From a virus: a stretch of 64,000 nt of DNA. Numbering within the stretch: position 1 is the first letter of the stretch; each line of letters opens with the position of its first letter. Below are positions 9,900 to 20,400 of this stretch, in pieces. The position numbers and the translations under genes were made by a program. The DNA lies in the IMG/VR virus record IMGVR_UViG_3300035698_004757, positions 1 through 64,000 of that record. One strand, given 5' to 3'. The notes under the pieces are model-generated. The model was not told the DNA's origin. It saw nothing but the letters and a program-made list of their open reading frames with translations, and ran no database searches.

Positions 9900-9928
9900 T
9901 TGGCAGAGACTACAAGGTGAGGTAATAT
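9900..9928 (+). promoter_or_regulatory. Candidate sigma70 promoter TTGGCA-17-TAATAT
   Basis: 17-bp spacing, 5 bp after palindrome copy 4, upstream of ORF 9981. Confidence 0.5.
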
Positions 9929-9980
9929 ACACGTGTCGGCCGCGAGGCCGCACCGAACAGAACAACAAGGAGCGCATCCC

Positions 9981-11102
9981 ATGCCCAGCATCATTGAAAG
10001 CACGCAGCCGCAAGGCGCAGACGACGAAATCACGGACGAGCAGGTTGAAAGCCTGTTGGTTGGCGAAGGGGACGAACTCTCCATCGCAGGTCGTGTCGTG
10101 GAAAGTTTCATCCAGTCAGTTGACTTTGGCGCACTGATGGACGACGCCGACGTGGCGGAACACATTGACGCCCGTCTCATCCCGGCTGAGTTGCTGGGCG
10201 AGTCCGCACTGGGCCTTGACGAACTCATCACACTTGCCGAGGCCAGCGGGCAAGACGTGGGCGAGGACGTTGCGGATGACGCCGTCATCATCGAGACGCT
10301 TGACGGCGATTATGCCGCCGCGTTCATCGACGAAGACGACTTGAGCGGCATGTTCGACGACTACGTCTCGATGGTCCTTCACGAAGACGCACAGGGCGAT
10401 GACCTTGACGCGAAAGCGTTGTACGTGGTCGCTCTCGAAATGCTCGATGACGGCGATGACGACAGCGACGAAGTCGATGAAGGAAGGAATCCGACTATCA
10501 CGAAGAAAAGCCCGAAACTGACCGGCAAGGGTGGTTGGAATCGTGGTGCGTTTCGCGCTATTCACAAGAACGGCGACAAGACGTTGGTCAACCGTATGCT
10601 TGGTGCGATGCTTCGCAAGCAGGCAATCACACGGTCCACGAAGGGGGCTGGTTATCGCCCAAACGCCGCGAGTGGTGCCAAAGGCGACTACGGCCCGGCA
10701 AAAGGTCCGCCACCCACGGTGTGGTCGAAGTACCCCACCGGCGGCGCTGCGGGCGAAGCTAAGAGCAAAGCCATCCAGAAGAAGGGGTCGAGCAAGGCTA
10801 AGTTGAAGCGCAATCAGAAGTCGAACAAGTCCCTGCGGCTTGCAGGCAAAGCTACCAAAGCCAAGGACGCTGCGAATAAAGTCGCGGCCAAGATCAAGGC
10901 CAAGAAATCCGAGAAGAAGCCCGGCGGCGGCAAGGCCAAAGAATCCCATGACGCGCCCGCCAACCTGACCGAAGGGGGCTACCCTGTTTCGTACGGCGGG
11001 ATTACCGAATCCGACGCCTGTCCCGGTCAGATGACTGCTGGCAGTGGCCAACACGTTGCAGCCAACGCCTTGAAATCGTTGGGTCATAAGCCCAAGGGCT
11101 GA
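9981..11102 (+). CDS. Bipartite acidic-N/Lys-rich-C protein; putative internal head protein
   Basis: SD AAGGAG before ATG 9981; D/E-rich first half, then EVDE|GRNPTITKK.. Lys/Gly-rich. Confidence 0.7.
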   Translation: MPSIIESTQPQGADDEITDEQVESLLVGEGDELSIAGRVVESFIQSVDFGALMDDADVAEHIDARLIPAELLGESALGLDELITLAEASGQDVGEDVADDAVIIETLDGDYAAAFIDEDDLSGMFDDYVSMVLHEDAQGDDLDAKALYVVALEMLDDGDDDSDEVDEGRNPTITKKSPKLTGKGGWNRGAFRAIHKNGDKTLVNRMLGAMLRKQAITRSTKGAGYRPNAASGAKGDYGPAKGPPPTVWSKYPTGGAAGEAKSKAIQKKGSSKAKLKRNQKSNKSLRLAGKATKAKDAANKVAAKIKAKKSEKKPGGGKAKESHDAPANLTEGGYPVSYGGITESDACPGQMTAGSGQHVAANALKSLGHKPKG

Positions 11103-11139
11103 GCCAACATCGCGTCCCGGCTGACGAATCGACGTACAT

Positions 11140-11194
11140 GGGCTGGGCATGGGCGACGGGTGTAAACCCGGACCGCGTGCCCAGCCTTTTTTTT
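11140..11194 (+). terminator. Rho-independent terminator
   Basis: GGCTGGGCATG...CGTGCCCAGCC stem with inner CGGGT-GTAA-ACCCG hairpin, then T8. Confidence 0.75.
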
Positions 11195-11205
11195 GAGGTA
11201 TCACG

Positions 11206-11505
11206 ATGTCACAAGCACCCGGCGGCGCATTACCACCAATCACCTCCACAAAGCAGGCCATGCAACAGCACCCTGCGAAGTATGGCGGCGATACCCCAGT
11301 CAGGGAGTCGCAAGCACCAGCGCCGACGACTACACCAACAAGCGGACGGCTGACGTTCGGGGAGTTGACCCGGATTGCTGAGGGCGCGAAGCCCAAGCCG
11401 GTACGACCGGTGGTTGTGGAGTCTGCAATACACACAGAAGACCCAGCGCACGGCATACGGTTGGCAGCACGTGGGTTGGCCGGTTTAACAGGGGGTGGAC
11501 ATTGA
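11206..11505 (+). CDS. Hypothetical protein
   Basis: SD GAGGT, 99 aa, several xxES/xxEG motifs. Confidence 0.6.
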   Translation: MSQAPGGALPPITSTKQAMQQHPAKYGGDTPVRESQAPAPTTTPTSGRLTFGELTRIAEGAKPKPVRPVVVESAIHTEDPAHGIRLAARGLAGLTGGGH

Positions 11506-11981
11506 AAGTACATGACCCGACTGCAAGTGCGCAGGTTGACTTGGACGATGTGAACACCCTGCCTGCCGTGGAGGGTTACACGCCCGTGTTGTCGCCGATC
11601 ACCAGTACGTGGTTTGTGACGAAGATGTGGACCAACGAGTCGTTTCTGGTTGCCAGCTTGGAAGAGGGTGTGGCAAACCGCGTTAAGTTCCGCATTGACG
11701 CCCACCTGTTGCAAGAGCGACTTGAACCGCGATGCCATTGGGTAAAACGCGGCGACAAGCTGCCGGTGGTTGAGACCGGCACGACTACGCGCATACTGGC
11801 GCAGGTGGACCCGGGCGTGGGAGCCGTGGTGGACCAAGCGTTGCGCCGTGAGGGCTACACACAACAGGAGATTGGAAAAGCGTACGCCATACTTGAATGG
11901 GAGCCGGGCGAGGGGTTGGACGGCGTTGAAGTGGTGAACATGGGCGATGATGACACAGGTGGTGGCGATGCCAACGATTGA
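11502..11981 (+). CDS. Hypothetical protein
   Basis: TTG start overlapping upstream stop, 159 aa. Confidence 0.55.
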   Translation: MKVHDPTASAQVDLDDVNTLPAVEGYTPVLSPITSTWFVTKMWTNESFLVASLEEGVANRVKFRIDAHLLQERLEPRCHWVKRGDKLPVVETGTTTRILAQVDPGVGAVVDQALRREGYTQQEIGKAYAILEWEPGEGLDGVEVVNMGDDDTGGGDAND

Positions 11982-13284
11982 CGAAGGCGTGAAAGATAAG
12001 CACCTCGGCAAAGCTGTATTCCTTGCAGGCACCGGCGGGTCGGGTAAGTCGGCGGTTGCTGATGCGATGTTCAGCGCGCTGCGATCACCCGGTGGCGGTT
12101 GGTTTAAGGTGGTTGACCGCGATCCACACCTCACACGATTGATGAAGTTGGCGGGCCAAGAGTTGTCTGCGGTAGGGGACTGGGAGAATCGGCCGCTCCG
12201 ACACAAAGCCAAAGACTTGAGTGCCAAGCAGCTTGAGCAGTGGGCAAATCGCAGGCTGCCTTTAATCATTGACGGTACCGCGTGGCAATCGCGCGTCGTC
12301 AAGGACATGTACAAGGTGTTGAAGCGATTGGGCTACGATTGTTACATGGTGGCCGTGGTGACGAAGCTAGACACTGCGCTGTCCCGCAATAAGGCTCGCG
12401 CAGACAAGGGTGGCCGCAATGTACCCGCTGACCAGTTAACAACGTCATGGCACGCAGTGAACTCAAACTTGCAGGGTTACAAGTCGTTGTTCGGGGCCAC
12501 GAACCTTGTGATCGTCAACAACGATCGAGACTACAAACCCGCAGACTGGGGCAAGTTTGCAGTGCCCGCGTTTCGCAAGGCTGCGCAGAAACTCATTGAC
12601 CGGCCGCTCAAGAATCCCGTGGGCGTGAAGTGGATGGCGAAGCAACAAGCCAAAGCCGCGAAGGGCGGCCCGGAGACCAAGCCCAGTCGCAGCGCGTTTG
12701 CTGCCGCTGATCGCGCAGAGAATCCACCGCCACCACCGAAGCCGGAGTGGACGCCGTCGCTGTACGACCCCAGCAGCAGCAGTGGCGGCAAGAAGGGCAA
12801 GCGACACCGGAGCGGTAAGAGGGGTAAGCGGTTCCTCAAGAAGCTAAAGGGGATGTTCAGCCGACCGGAGAAGGGCCACGACATACCTGCCAAGCCGTGG
12901 AAGCCGGGTGATGTTCCGGATGGCGTGGTGCCCCCTGTGACTACGAAGGATCACGACCCGGCCAACCCGTACGGCAAAGCCAAGAAGAAGAAGAAGCCTG
13001 ACGAGGCATCACAGGAGGTAACCACAATGGGCACACAAGCAGACGAAGCAACCCGATCACCGGCTGTCGGTGGCTTTCGCACCAAGACGTTAGGTGACCC
13101 CGGCAAGAAGATCAAAATCAGTATTGGCGGCCGTCGCATCACACGCGCCGTTGTGGACCAGAGCAACGCGAAGTGGGCTAAAGGTGCCAAGGTGAAGCGC
13201 AAAGGACGTAAGCTGATCGCGATTGGCGATGACGCACGCCGGATGTATGCAAATTGGCTGGCAGACAGTGATAGCCCGGGATAG
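11968..13284 (+). CDS. Zeta-toxin/AAA_33-like P-loop kinase with Lys/Pro-rich C-terminal extension
   Basis: KAVFLAGTGGSGKS Walker A, LIIDGT, LKRLGYDCYMV, ALSRNKAR..GGRNVP; start probably ATG 11968. Confidence 0.75.
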   Translation: MPTIDEGVKDKHLGKAVFLAGTGGSGKSAVADAMFSALRSPGGGWFKVVDRDPHLTRLMKLAGQELSAVGDWENRPLRHKAKDLSAKQLEQWANRRLPLIIDGTAWQSRVVKDMYKVLKRLGYDCYMVAVVTKLDTALSRNKARADKGGRNVPADQLTTSWHAVNSNLQGYKSLFGATNLVIVNNDRDYKPADWGKFAVPAFRKAAQKLIDRPLKNPVGVKWMAKQQAKAAKGGPETKPSRSAFAAADRAENPPPPPKPEWTPSLYDPSSSSGGKKGKRHRSGKRGKRFLKKLKGMFSRPEKGHDIPAKPWKPGDVPDGVVPPVTTKDHDPANPYGKAKKKKKPDEASQEVTTMGTQADEATRSPAVGGFRTKTLGDPGKKIKISIGGRRITRAVVDQSNAKWAKGAKVKRKGRKLIAIGDDARRMYANWLADSDSPG

Positions 13285-13351
13285 ACATTTGGCCGTGGAT
13301 CAGTGATAATGCAGGTCCACTAATTCGACTACACCGTACAGGAGACTCCGC

Positions 13352-13816
13352 ATGGCATTCCCCGCACCGATGAAACTCGTGTTTAGCACTTTCAAAGATG
13401 TGGCAACCCTGCTGACCGCGCTCATCACGGGCGGCACCTTCCGCCGGTCGTACACGTTCAACATTGCCACACAAGGCACCACTGCTACTGCCAGCATCGT
13501 TGACATTCAGGCTGTGGATGCGTCCGGCAATAACCTTGCTGGCGTCCACCCTGTCCGTGTGCGTGTGTGCAACGATGGTGCGCATGCTGACTCCACCAAT
13601 GCCACGGTTGGCGCTACCGGCGGCGGCGGGGCTTCGGTGGCCGAGGTGTTGACTACCGACATTGACCTTGTGTTCCTGTCGGACGCCAATGGTCGCGTGA
13701 AGATTGATGTGACCGATGCCACGGCCGAGACCGTGACACTCCGCACAGGTGCCGCACTGTCTGGCCCGAACGCAGACCACGTCACCGAAATCGACGTTAC
13801 CCACGCCGCGCCGTAA
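13352..13816 (+). CDS. Putative virion structural/decoration protein (Ig-like)
   Basis: SD AGGAG; Thr/Ala/Val-rich beta pattern, DASGN..G..VRV and SDANG.V.I.V motifs. Confidence 0.6.
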   Translation: MAFPAPMKLVFSTFKDVATLLTALITGGTFRRSYTFNIATQGTTATASIVDIQAVDASGNNLAGVHPVRVRVCNDGAHADSTNATVGATGGGGASVAEVLTTDIDLVFLSDANGRVKIDVTDATAETVTLRTGAALSGPNADHVTEIDVTHAAP

Positions 13817-13856
13817 GTGACTACGTCGGCCCGGTTGACTGCTTAACAAAGGAGAC

Positions 13857-14405
13857 GTGATGCCAGCTATTGCTGCAACACAAGTGTGCGTCGTATTGGC
13901 CGCCAGTGAGGCTCGCGTGAGCGCACTGGCAGGCGGTGTGGGCGCGGTTGGTGTACCCGGACGGGAAGAGCGGATGGTGTGCCTTGAGAACGCGGCACAT
14001 GCCCGTGACCTGCTGGGCGCTCTGCATCGCATTCTGTTGGCGACCCACACGCCCGAGCGGGCCAGTCAGTTGCCCGACCTTACCGCTTCGCTGGTGGGGT
14101 CAGTCGCGGACGAGGTGACGGCCAAGTACAGCGTGCTGTCTGCACAGGTGGACAAGCCGGTACACGGTGGAACTGCGGAGGGTGCCGTGCTGGCAATCCG
14201 TGAGTTGCAGTCGGCCGCGCCTGCTAAGCCCGTGGAGCCGCCCGTCGAACCCAAAGCGGCCGCGCCTTCTGCTGCGGTTGCGAAGCCCGGAGACGTGACA
14301 CCACCGAAGACGACTACGCCGGTACCAGCAGCCAAGACGCCCGCGAAGGCGACGTTGGGCAGCAAGCTGTCAAAGGCGTTTGGCGGGAAGAAGAAGAAAC
14401 GGTAA
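13857..14405 (+). CDS. Hypothetical protein with Pro/Ala/Lys-rich tail
   Basis: SD AAGGAG, 182 aa. Confidence 0.65.
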   Translation: MMPAIAATQVCVVLAASEARVSALAGGVGAVGVPGREERMVCLENAAHARDLLGALHRILLATHTPERASQLPDLTASLVGSVADEVTAKYSVLSAQVDKPVHGGTAEGAVLAIRELQSAAPAKPVEPPVEPKAAAPSAAVAKPGDVTPPKTTTPVPAAKTPAKATLGSKLSKAFGGKKKKR

Positions 14406-14414
14406 GTGGTAAGA

Positions 14415-14429
14415 TTGACGCAGTGTCAA
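14415..14429. repeat. 15-bp palindrome (copy 5, one mismatch)
   Basis: TTGACGCAGTGTCAA, 1 nt before ATG 14431. Confidence 0.8.
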
Positions 14430-14430
14430 A

Positions 14431-17400
14431 ATGAATCATGCGGTTCCGCAATCTGTACGCGCTACTGCTAAGCAGGCGCTTGAAGCACACGACGGCATGC
14501 CGGACCTCCACGGTGTGCGTGGTGTTATCACTGCCCGCGCATTGACTACGGGCAGTGTGGATGACGCGACCATTGCCCGGGTTCACCGGTTCCTCGCACG
14601 ACACACCCGGTTGTACGCGGCAGAACTTACACAATTGAGGACCGAAGCCGACAGCGCCATTGTGCAGTCGTACTTGCTGCACGGCGGCACCCCGGCCAAG
14701 CTGTGGGCAGCGGCAGCGTTCAAGGAAGCTGTGAGCGAAGGCCGCGTGCCCGAAGACCCCACGGCTGAATTGTTCCGTTTACAACCCGAGCAGTTGTATG
14801 ATCGCTTTCAGTTGGGTGGGTGGCGATACGAGTACGGGATGGACGCACGGCAAGCTGCCCGGTTTGTTGAGCATTACACCCGCGCCACGGGCTTACCAAT
14901 CGACTTACCCCAAGCGTTCGGTTCCGACGCATCGAATGTGTCGATGGCCATGCTTCGCCGGTTGAAGATCGCGAAGCCGGTGGCAGAGCAGCTTGTGGAG
15001 TTTTTGATCGACGATGACTACAAGGCAGCGGCGTCTGCTGACATGGCCGAGATAAATCACGGCCTTCGTCACGTGACTGAGTCGCTGCCTAAGAAGCTGT
15101 GGACTACGCAGAAGGTACAGGACAAAGCGTTGGCTAACTTGGTGTGGGGTCCGTACATCGCATACGCCGTGCTGGCTGTCGAAGACCCGAAGCGGCTTGA
15201 GGGGATGAACGGCACGTCCAAGCCGCCGTCACCCGGGGCAGTGAAGCCCAAGACGTACACGCAGTACCACGACGCGATTAACACTTACTTGACGTTCTTT
15301 CACCCGGACGGTCCGCGTTATGTATCGACCGGCGACGAAGGTCCGTATGCAGGTATCGCCAACGCTGCGTACAGTTGGCAATACCGCGCACACAAAGGTT
15401 TGCTGTTGCAGCGCGCGACGATGCTTAAACATCTGGCGCTGGTGCGGCGACTGCTGTCGTCGAACAAACTGTCAGGTGGTAATTTGTTTCATGTTCTGTT
15501 GCAGGCGTGGAAGCAAGAGGACTACCAGAAGATTCTCGATAACATCCCGGTTGACGCTGATGTGTATCCGCCGTTCAGTGCTTTCGTCACAGACCATTTG
15601 AGTGCGTCGGGCGATAAGACTACACCTGTTGAAGACCCTAGCTTCGCAGTACACACGGATGCAGTTAAGCAGTATCTATCTGATGTGGGTGTGACCGCCG
15701 ATCCGGTTCCGTTAGCGGCCACCGATGCGTTCGCGGCTGCGGCTCTTGCGGGCCTTGACTTCAAGCCGGGCGTGCGGATTCAGGTTGGCAGTGGTGGGGG
15801 GATTGGGGAGTTGCAGGGCGCGTACATGGCGGCGAGTGGTTCACATAGGATTGTGTACAAGTTGGTGACTGGCTCGATGACGGGCAAGCAGGCGATCGGG
15901 ACCGACGCGCAGTTTACACAGGGTATTAACAACGGGACGCTAAAGAAGGCAATCGAGAAGGCAACATCGGCACCTGAACCCGCGCCGGTTCCTGAGCCGC
16001 AACCCGAACCGACCGATGACGTTGATGGTGATGATGAGAATGATGTTATTCAGCAGTTCTTCAACGAGTTTGTGCCTGACTACGATTCCGATGTTTCATT
16101 CGTGGAGACCGACACCAATACAACATGGTTCGATGCACACGAGGATGGGGTCACCCCGGGTACTGAGTTCACAGACGGCACCACGGTGTTTGCCTTTGTG
16201 CGTGCGTTCCGTAAGAAGGGCAGCGCGGGTCTGTTCATTCTGTATGCCGATGACGATGGTGCGATGGATCACTCGACTGATAGTGAGATTGTGGGTTTGA
16301 TAACGGCGGGTACGATCAAACCGGTCAGTGACGACGGCGACGATGTGGGTGAAGACGAGATCGAGCCTTTTGCAGTGGGCGATGTTATCGGTGACGGTGA
16401 CGCAACGTCTCTGTACTTCCCGGCTTTGGTGCTGGCAGCGTATAACGACGGTACTGGTTTGCGGTACGTCCTATCCGTACTGCGCGCGAGCGTGACGTAC
16501 ACGCCGGTGTTTGAACCCAATGTATTTACACATGGCGAGTTGCGGGGCTACGCAGGGCTTAAAGTGCTTGCGCAGGACTCGATGGCGTTCTCTATGCAGG
16601 CGCATTGGGTGCGAGTCAGTACCAACAATCCGGAGGCGGTCATACCCCAGCAGACGTGGTCGGCTACCGTGCCCGGGGATTCAGTCATGTACAACGGGGT
16701 GGGTTATCGGCTGGTGATGGCAGTAGACGCGGGCGGTGAGGTACGCCCGGTGGCGGGTCGCAATATAGCGTGGGCCGCAGGCGGCAAGAGCGGCAGCGCT
16801 TATCGGTACGTGACGTTGCCCGCGAGCGCAGTGTTAGAACCCACGAGCGGGTCGTCGTACGCCCCGGAGGGGCCAGCACCAGAATCAGTGGATGCGTTTG
16901 ACGCAGCGTCAATACAGATGTGTGGCACACCGAGCGCAATGGACTACGCAACAAAGAAGGGTTGGAAACTTGCGTACCAAAGTGAGAGTCCGTTGTTTGT
17001 GTGGGAGTTGGGGCAGGTTCTCACCTACGGCGCTAAGACGCGGACCGTTATTGGCTATGCGTTTAACTCTAAGGCGGAGGACGCAACGTATATCACGACG
17101 ACCAATGTGGGTAATGTGAGTTTCAAGGGTGCGAAGTCGGGCAACACAGCTTACGGGCCGTCTCTGGGGTCCGACGACAAGGTGGTGGAGGCGCTGAAGT
17201 CGAAGCCCGACGATCAGGCCGCTGACGCCGAGAAGAAGAAGTACCCGAAGTTGAACTACGGTTTGACGAAGGAAGCCATTGAGGTCGCGAAGGCTGATGC
17301 GTTAACGTACGTGCCGTCCCCGGGTGGCTCGCCGTTCTATGTCGGCTCACATGTCCGGCTAAAGGCGGGTGGTGCCGAGGCAGCGACGTACGCCATTCTT

Positions 17401-20400
17401 GGTGTTGTTGAGGACGCATCACACCGGACCAAGTATGTGATGCTGGCAGAATCGGCGACGACCACGGCTATTTTGGTTAACGTGGCCGGTGCCGACGACG
17501 TATGGGCGATCAAGCATGACTACGTGTCGGCGTTGGACACCGAGACGGGTGCCGTCACCTTCGGCAAAGGCGACGATGTTGAGTACGCTCTCGCCATATC
17601 TGACGAGGTGATACTGCCCAGTGACTCCCCGGCGGGTTGGGCAATACCGACACCGGTTAAGCAGCCTGCGATGGCGACGTTGGGCAGTGGCCATGTTGCA
17701 ACAGGTGTGGTGGCAATCATCCCCCCGGGCACGGCAATAGCAGCGGTGGGTGTTGAGGGTGTTGAGGGGGTTGAGGGTGAAGACGAGGCAAGTGAGTTGC
17801 CGCATGCGATGTTCGTGATGCGGCACCCCCAGAATCAGTATGGTGGCACCAAGCTGAGTTTCCCGAAAGGCACCGTCGATATGGGCGAGCCGTTGGAGGA
17901 TGCAGCCGTCCGCGAATGCTGGGAAGAGACAGGCTTGACCATGAAGCCGATCGCGTGGTTGGGGGACTACAAAGGTAAGACCAGTGTGACGCGCATGTAC
18001 ATCGGGTACGTGACCGGTGGCAACCCGAAGAAGTCGGGAAAAGAAACAGACGCCGTGGCGTTTAAGCCGTTTGATTGGCTAGAAGATGGCGGCCCGGACT
18101 GGAAGCTGATGCCGTGGTACGAAGAACTCACCACACGCGACAAGAAGATTGTTGACGATGCGTTTGCGTGGCTTGAAGCCAAGGGTGATTGGCCGAATGA
18201 GATGCCGGTTGAGGAAGCGTCGTATGCGTCGATGGTGACCGGACCTCAAGATTTCAAGGGTCAGGGCGTCGCCAAGTACAACCCGAAAGCTGAGTATGCG
18301 CAGCCGGTGGATGCGCCGTTCGACGGCTCGATCACGGACTACGTTGTTGACCCGGACGTACGCAAGTTTGTGGCCAAGTCGTACGCAGAAGTGGGTCACA
18401 CAAAGACGGCCAAGTGGGTCGCGTACAAGGACGTGTTGGGCACTGGCAATGCTTATCCGCCGCCCGGCGTGGTGGTGACATTGGGTGCGGGTATCGCGTT
18501 CTCTAAATCCGAAGAAGGCGACGATGCGGCGTGGACTGTTGAAGGCTACGTGGAGCGCGTGCGGGCGACGCCGAAGCTGTCGCGGACCGTCCGGTCGATC
18601 GTGCTGCGGTCCGTGGGTGTAGGTGAGTTGCATGTGCTACGTGTGATGCAGCTTGGTGAGGCGGCGTCTGAGTGGGAGGTCATACTTGATGCGGCTATGT
18701 TCTTGCCTGTTGTGTCTGACAAGTTTGCAGACGTATCGCCGAAGTCGCTGCGACCTACGAAGGTTAACCCGTGGCACGCGCTGATATTGGCCGCGCCGTT
18801 CCCGGTGAACGATCCGATGGTGCAGAGGTTGACGAGTGCGTGGGGTCTCGCGACGAACGCGCTGGGTGCTGATCCAGTCGGTTTCAGGTGCGCTAAGAAC
18901 CGTAAGGGGTTCCCACCGTACGGCAGTGTTGTTACGTCAACGGCGGGTGTGACTTCTGAGGTGTTGGGCTACGTGGACGTGGCAATCGAGGACGGCAGCC
19001 CGGAACATAACGCGGCTGTGCTTAATGAGATTGTTGCGGGGGCACTGGTTGAGGTGATCGACCACCAGCCGTATTTGCGGTGGGTGGTGACGCGGTCTTT
19101 GAGTGACCCCGTTTATTTTGTGCAGCCCGCCGGTCCCGCGTCTGTTGGGAAGATGGAGGTGGATGATGCTGCCACGGCGACAAACAATGCCACAGGTGCG
19201 TTCTACACACACGCTGATCCGGACATTAACGCTGCAATCCAGAAGTTGGCCGGGTCAGGTGGCGATTTGTCGGTTGTGGGCACCTCGTTTGATGTGGTGA
19301 AGGGGTGGCTGTCCGAGGGTGCGCCTAACCCACCGTGGGGTGTGCTGACACCGGACTTGTTGGGTGTAGCCGCTATGGCGTTCGTCCCCGGTGGTATGTC
19401 GAACGTGCAGTATGCTGTGCTAGTTTCCAGCTTGGAGGCCGCGAAGGTTGCCAAGGGGTACGAAGCGATGGCGGCAAAGGAAGCCCCCATCGACGCCGTG
19501 GGGGTGAAGGGCATTGCCAATGACGTGACAGTGGTCACACCGCCTGCACCGACGACGACATCCACGGCGTCACAACCAGACTACGCATCGGCGACGGCGC
19601 TGTTGAAGTTAGCACACCTTGACCCAGACAAACTTACGGCGTCAACATCAGGCATCCAAGGCGGGTCCAACCCAGTCGGGTTCGTGGTATCAGCGGATGG
19701 CACAGAGTGGTTCGCGAAGGGCAGCAAGGAAGGCTCCGCCAGTCCGTGGTCGTATGTGCGGGCCAGCGCTGATGAAGCGTCGGCTACATTGGTCCGGATG
19801 CTCAATCCAGACCTCCCTGCGTCTCGCATGGTGGACCTCCAATCCAACTCAAACGTACAAGCCAGTTTGCGAGGCCCGGTGACATTGCAGACCAAGGTTC
19901 CCAGCGCTGAGTTTGCACCGAGCAACGTGTCCGATTTGAGTGACGACGATGTTGTGAACGTATTGCGGCAACACATGGTGGATATGTTTGTGGGTGACCA
20001 CGATGCCAAGTTTGATAACTGGTTGCGTGTGGGTGGCAAGCTGGTGCCCATTGACCGTAGTCAGGCGTTCCGGTTTCTTGCAGAGGGTAAGGCTGAGAGT
20101 TTGGACCCGTCGAACAACATGGGTAATCACGGACGACCGTTGGCCAAGCTGATCCTTGAGAAGTGGCGCGACGAAGAGACGTACAAGATTCCGGCACCTG
20201 TGTTTGTCGCAATGCGCGAGATGATCGCGAAGATTGTGGCGACGATGACGGATGAGGTGTTGGAGACGAACTTGGCCAAGTATTTTGACTACGTGGCGTC
20301 TGCGGCAAGTGTGAATCCGAAGAAGAAGGTGCTGGACGGCCTCAAGAAAAGGCGCAATGGTTACCACAAGGCGTGGGGTCTCATGCTCAACAAGTTGGCG

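Noticed and set aside
10116-12314. 732-aa minus-strand ORF
   Set aside because: Antisense to four credible + strand genes and a terminator; no motifs or SD; long shadow ORFs are expected at this GC content
17749-17781. 9-bp repeat encoding VEG x3
   Set aside because: Short slippage in a loop before the Nudix domain; in frame, no evident function
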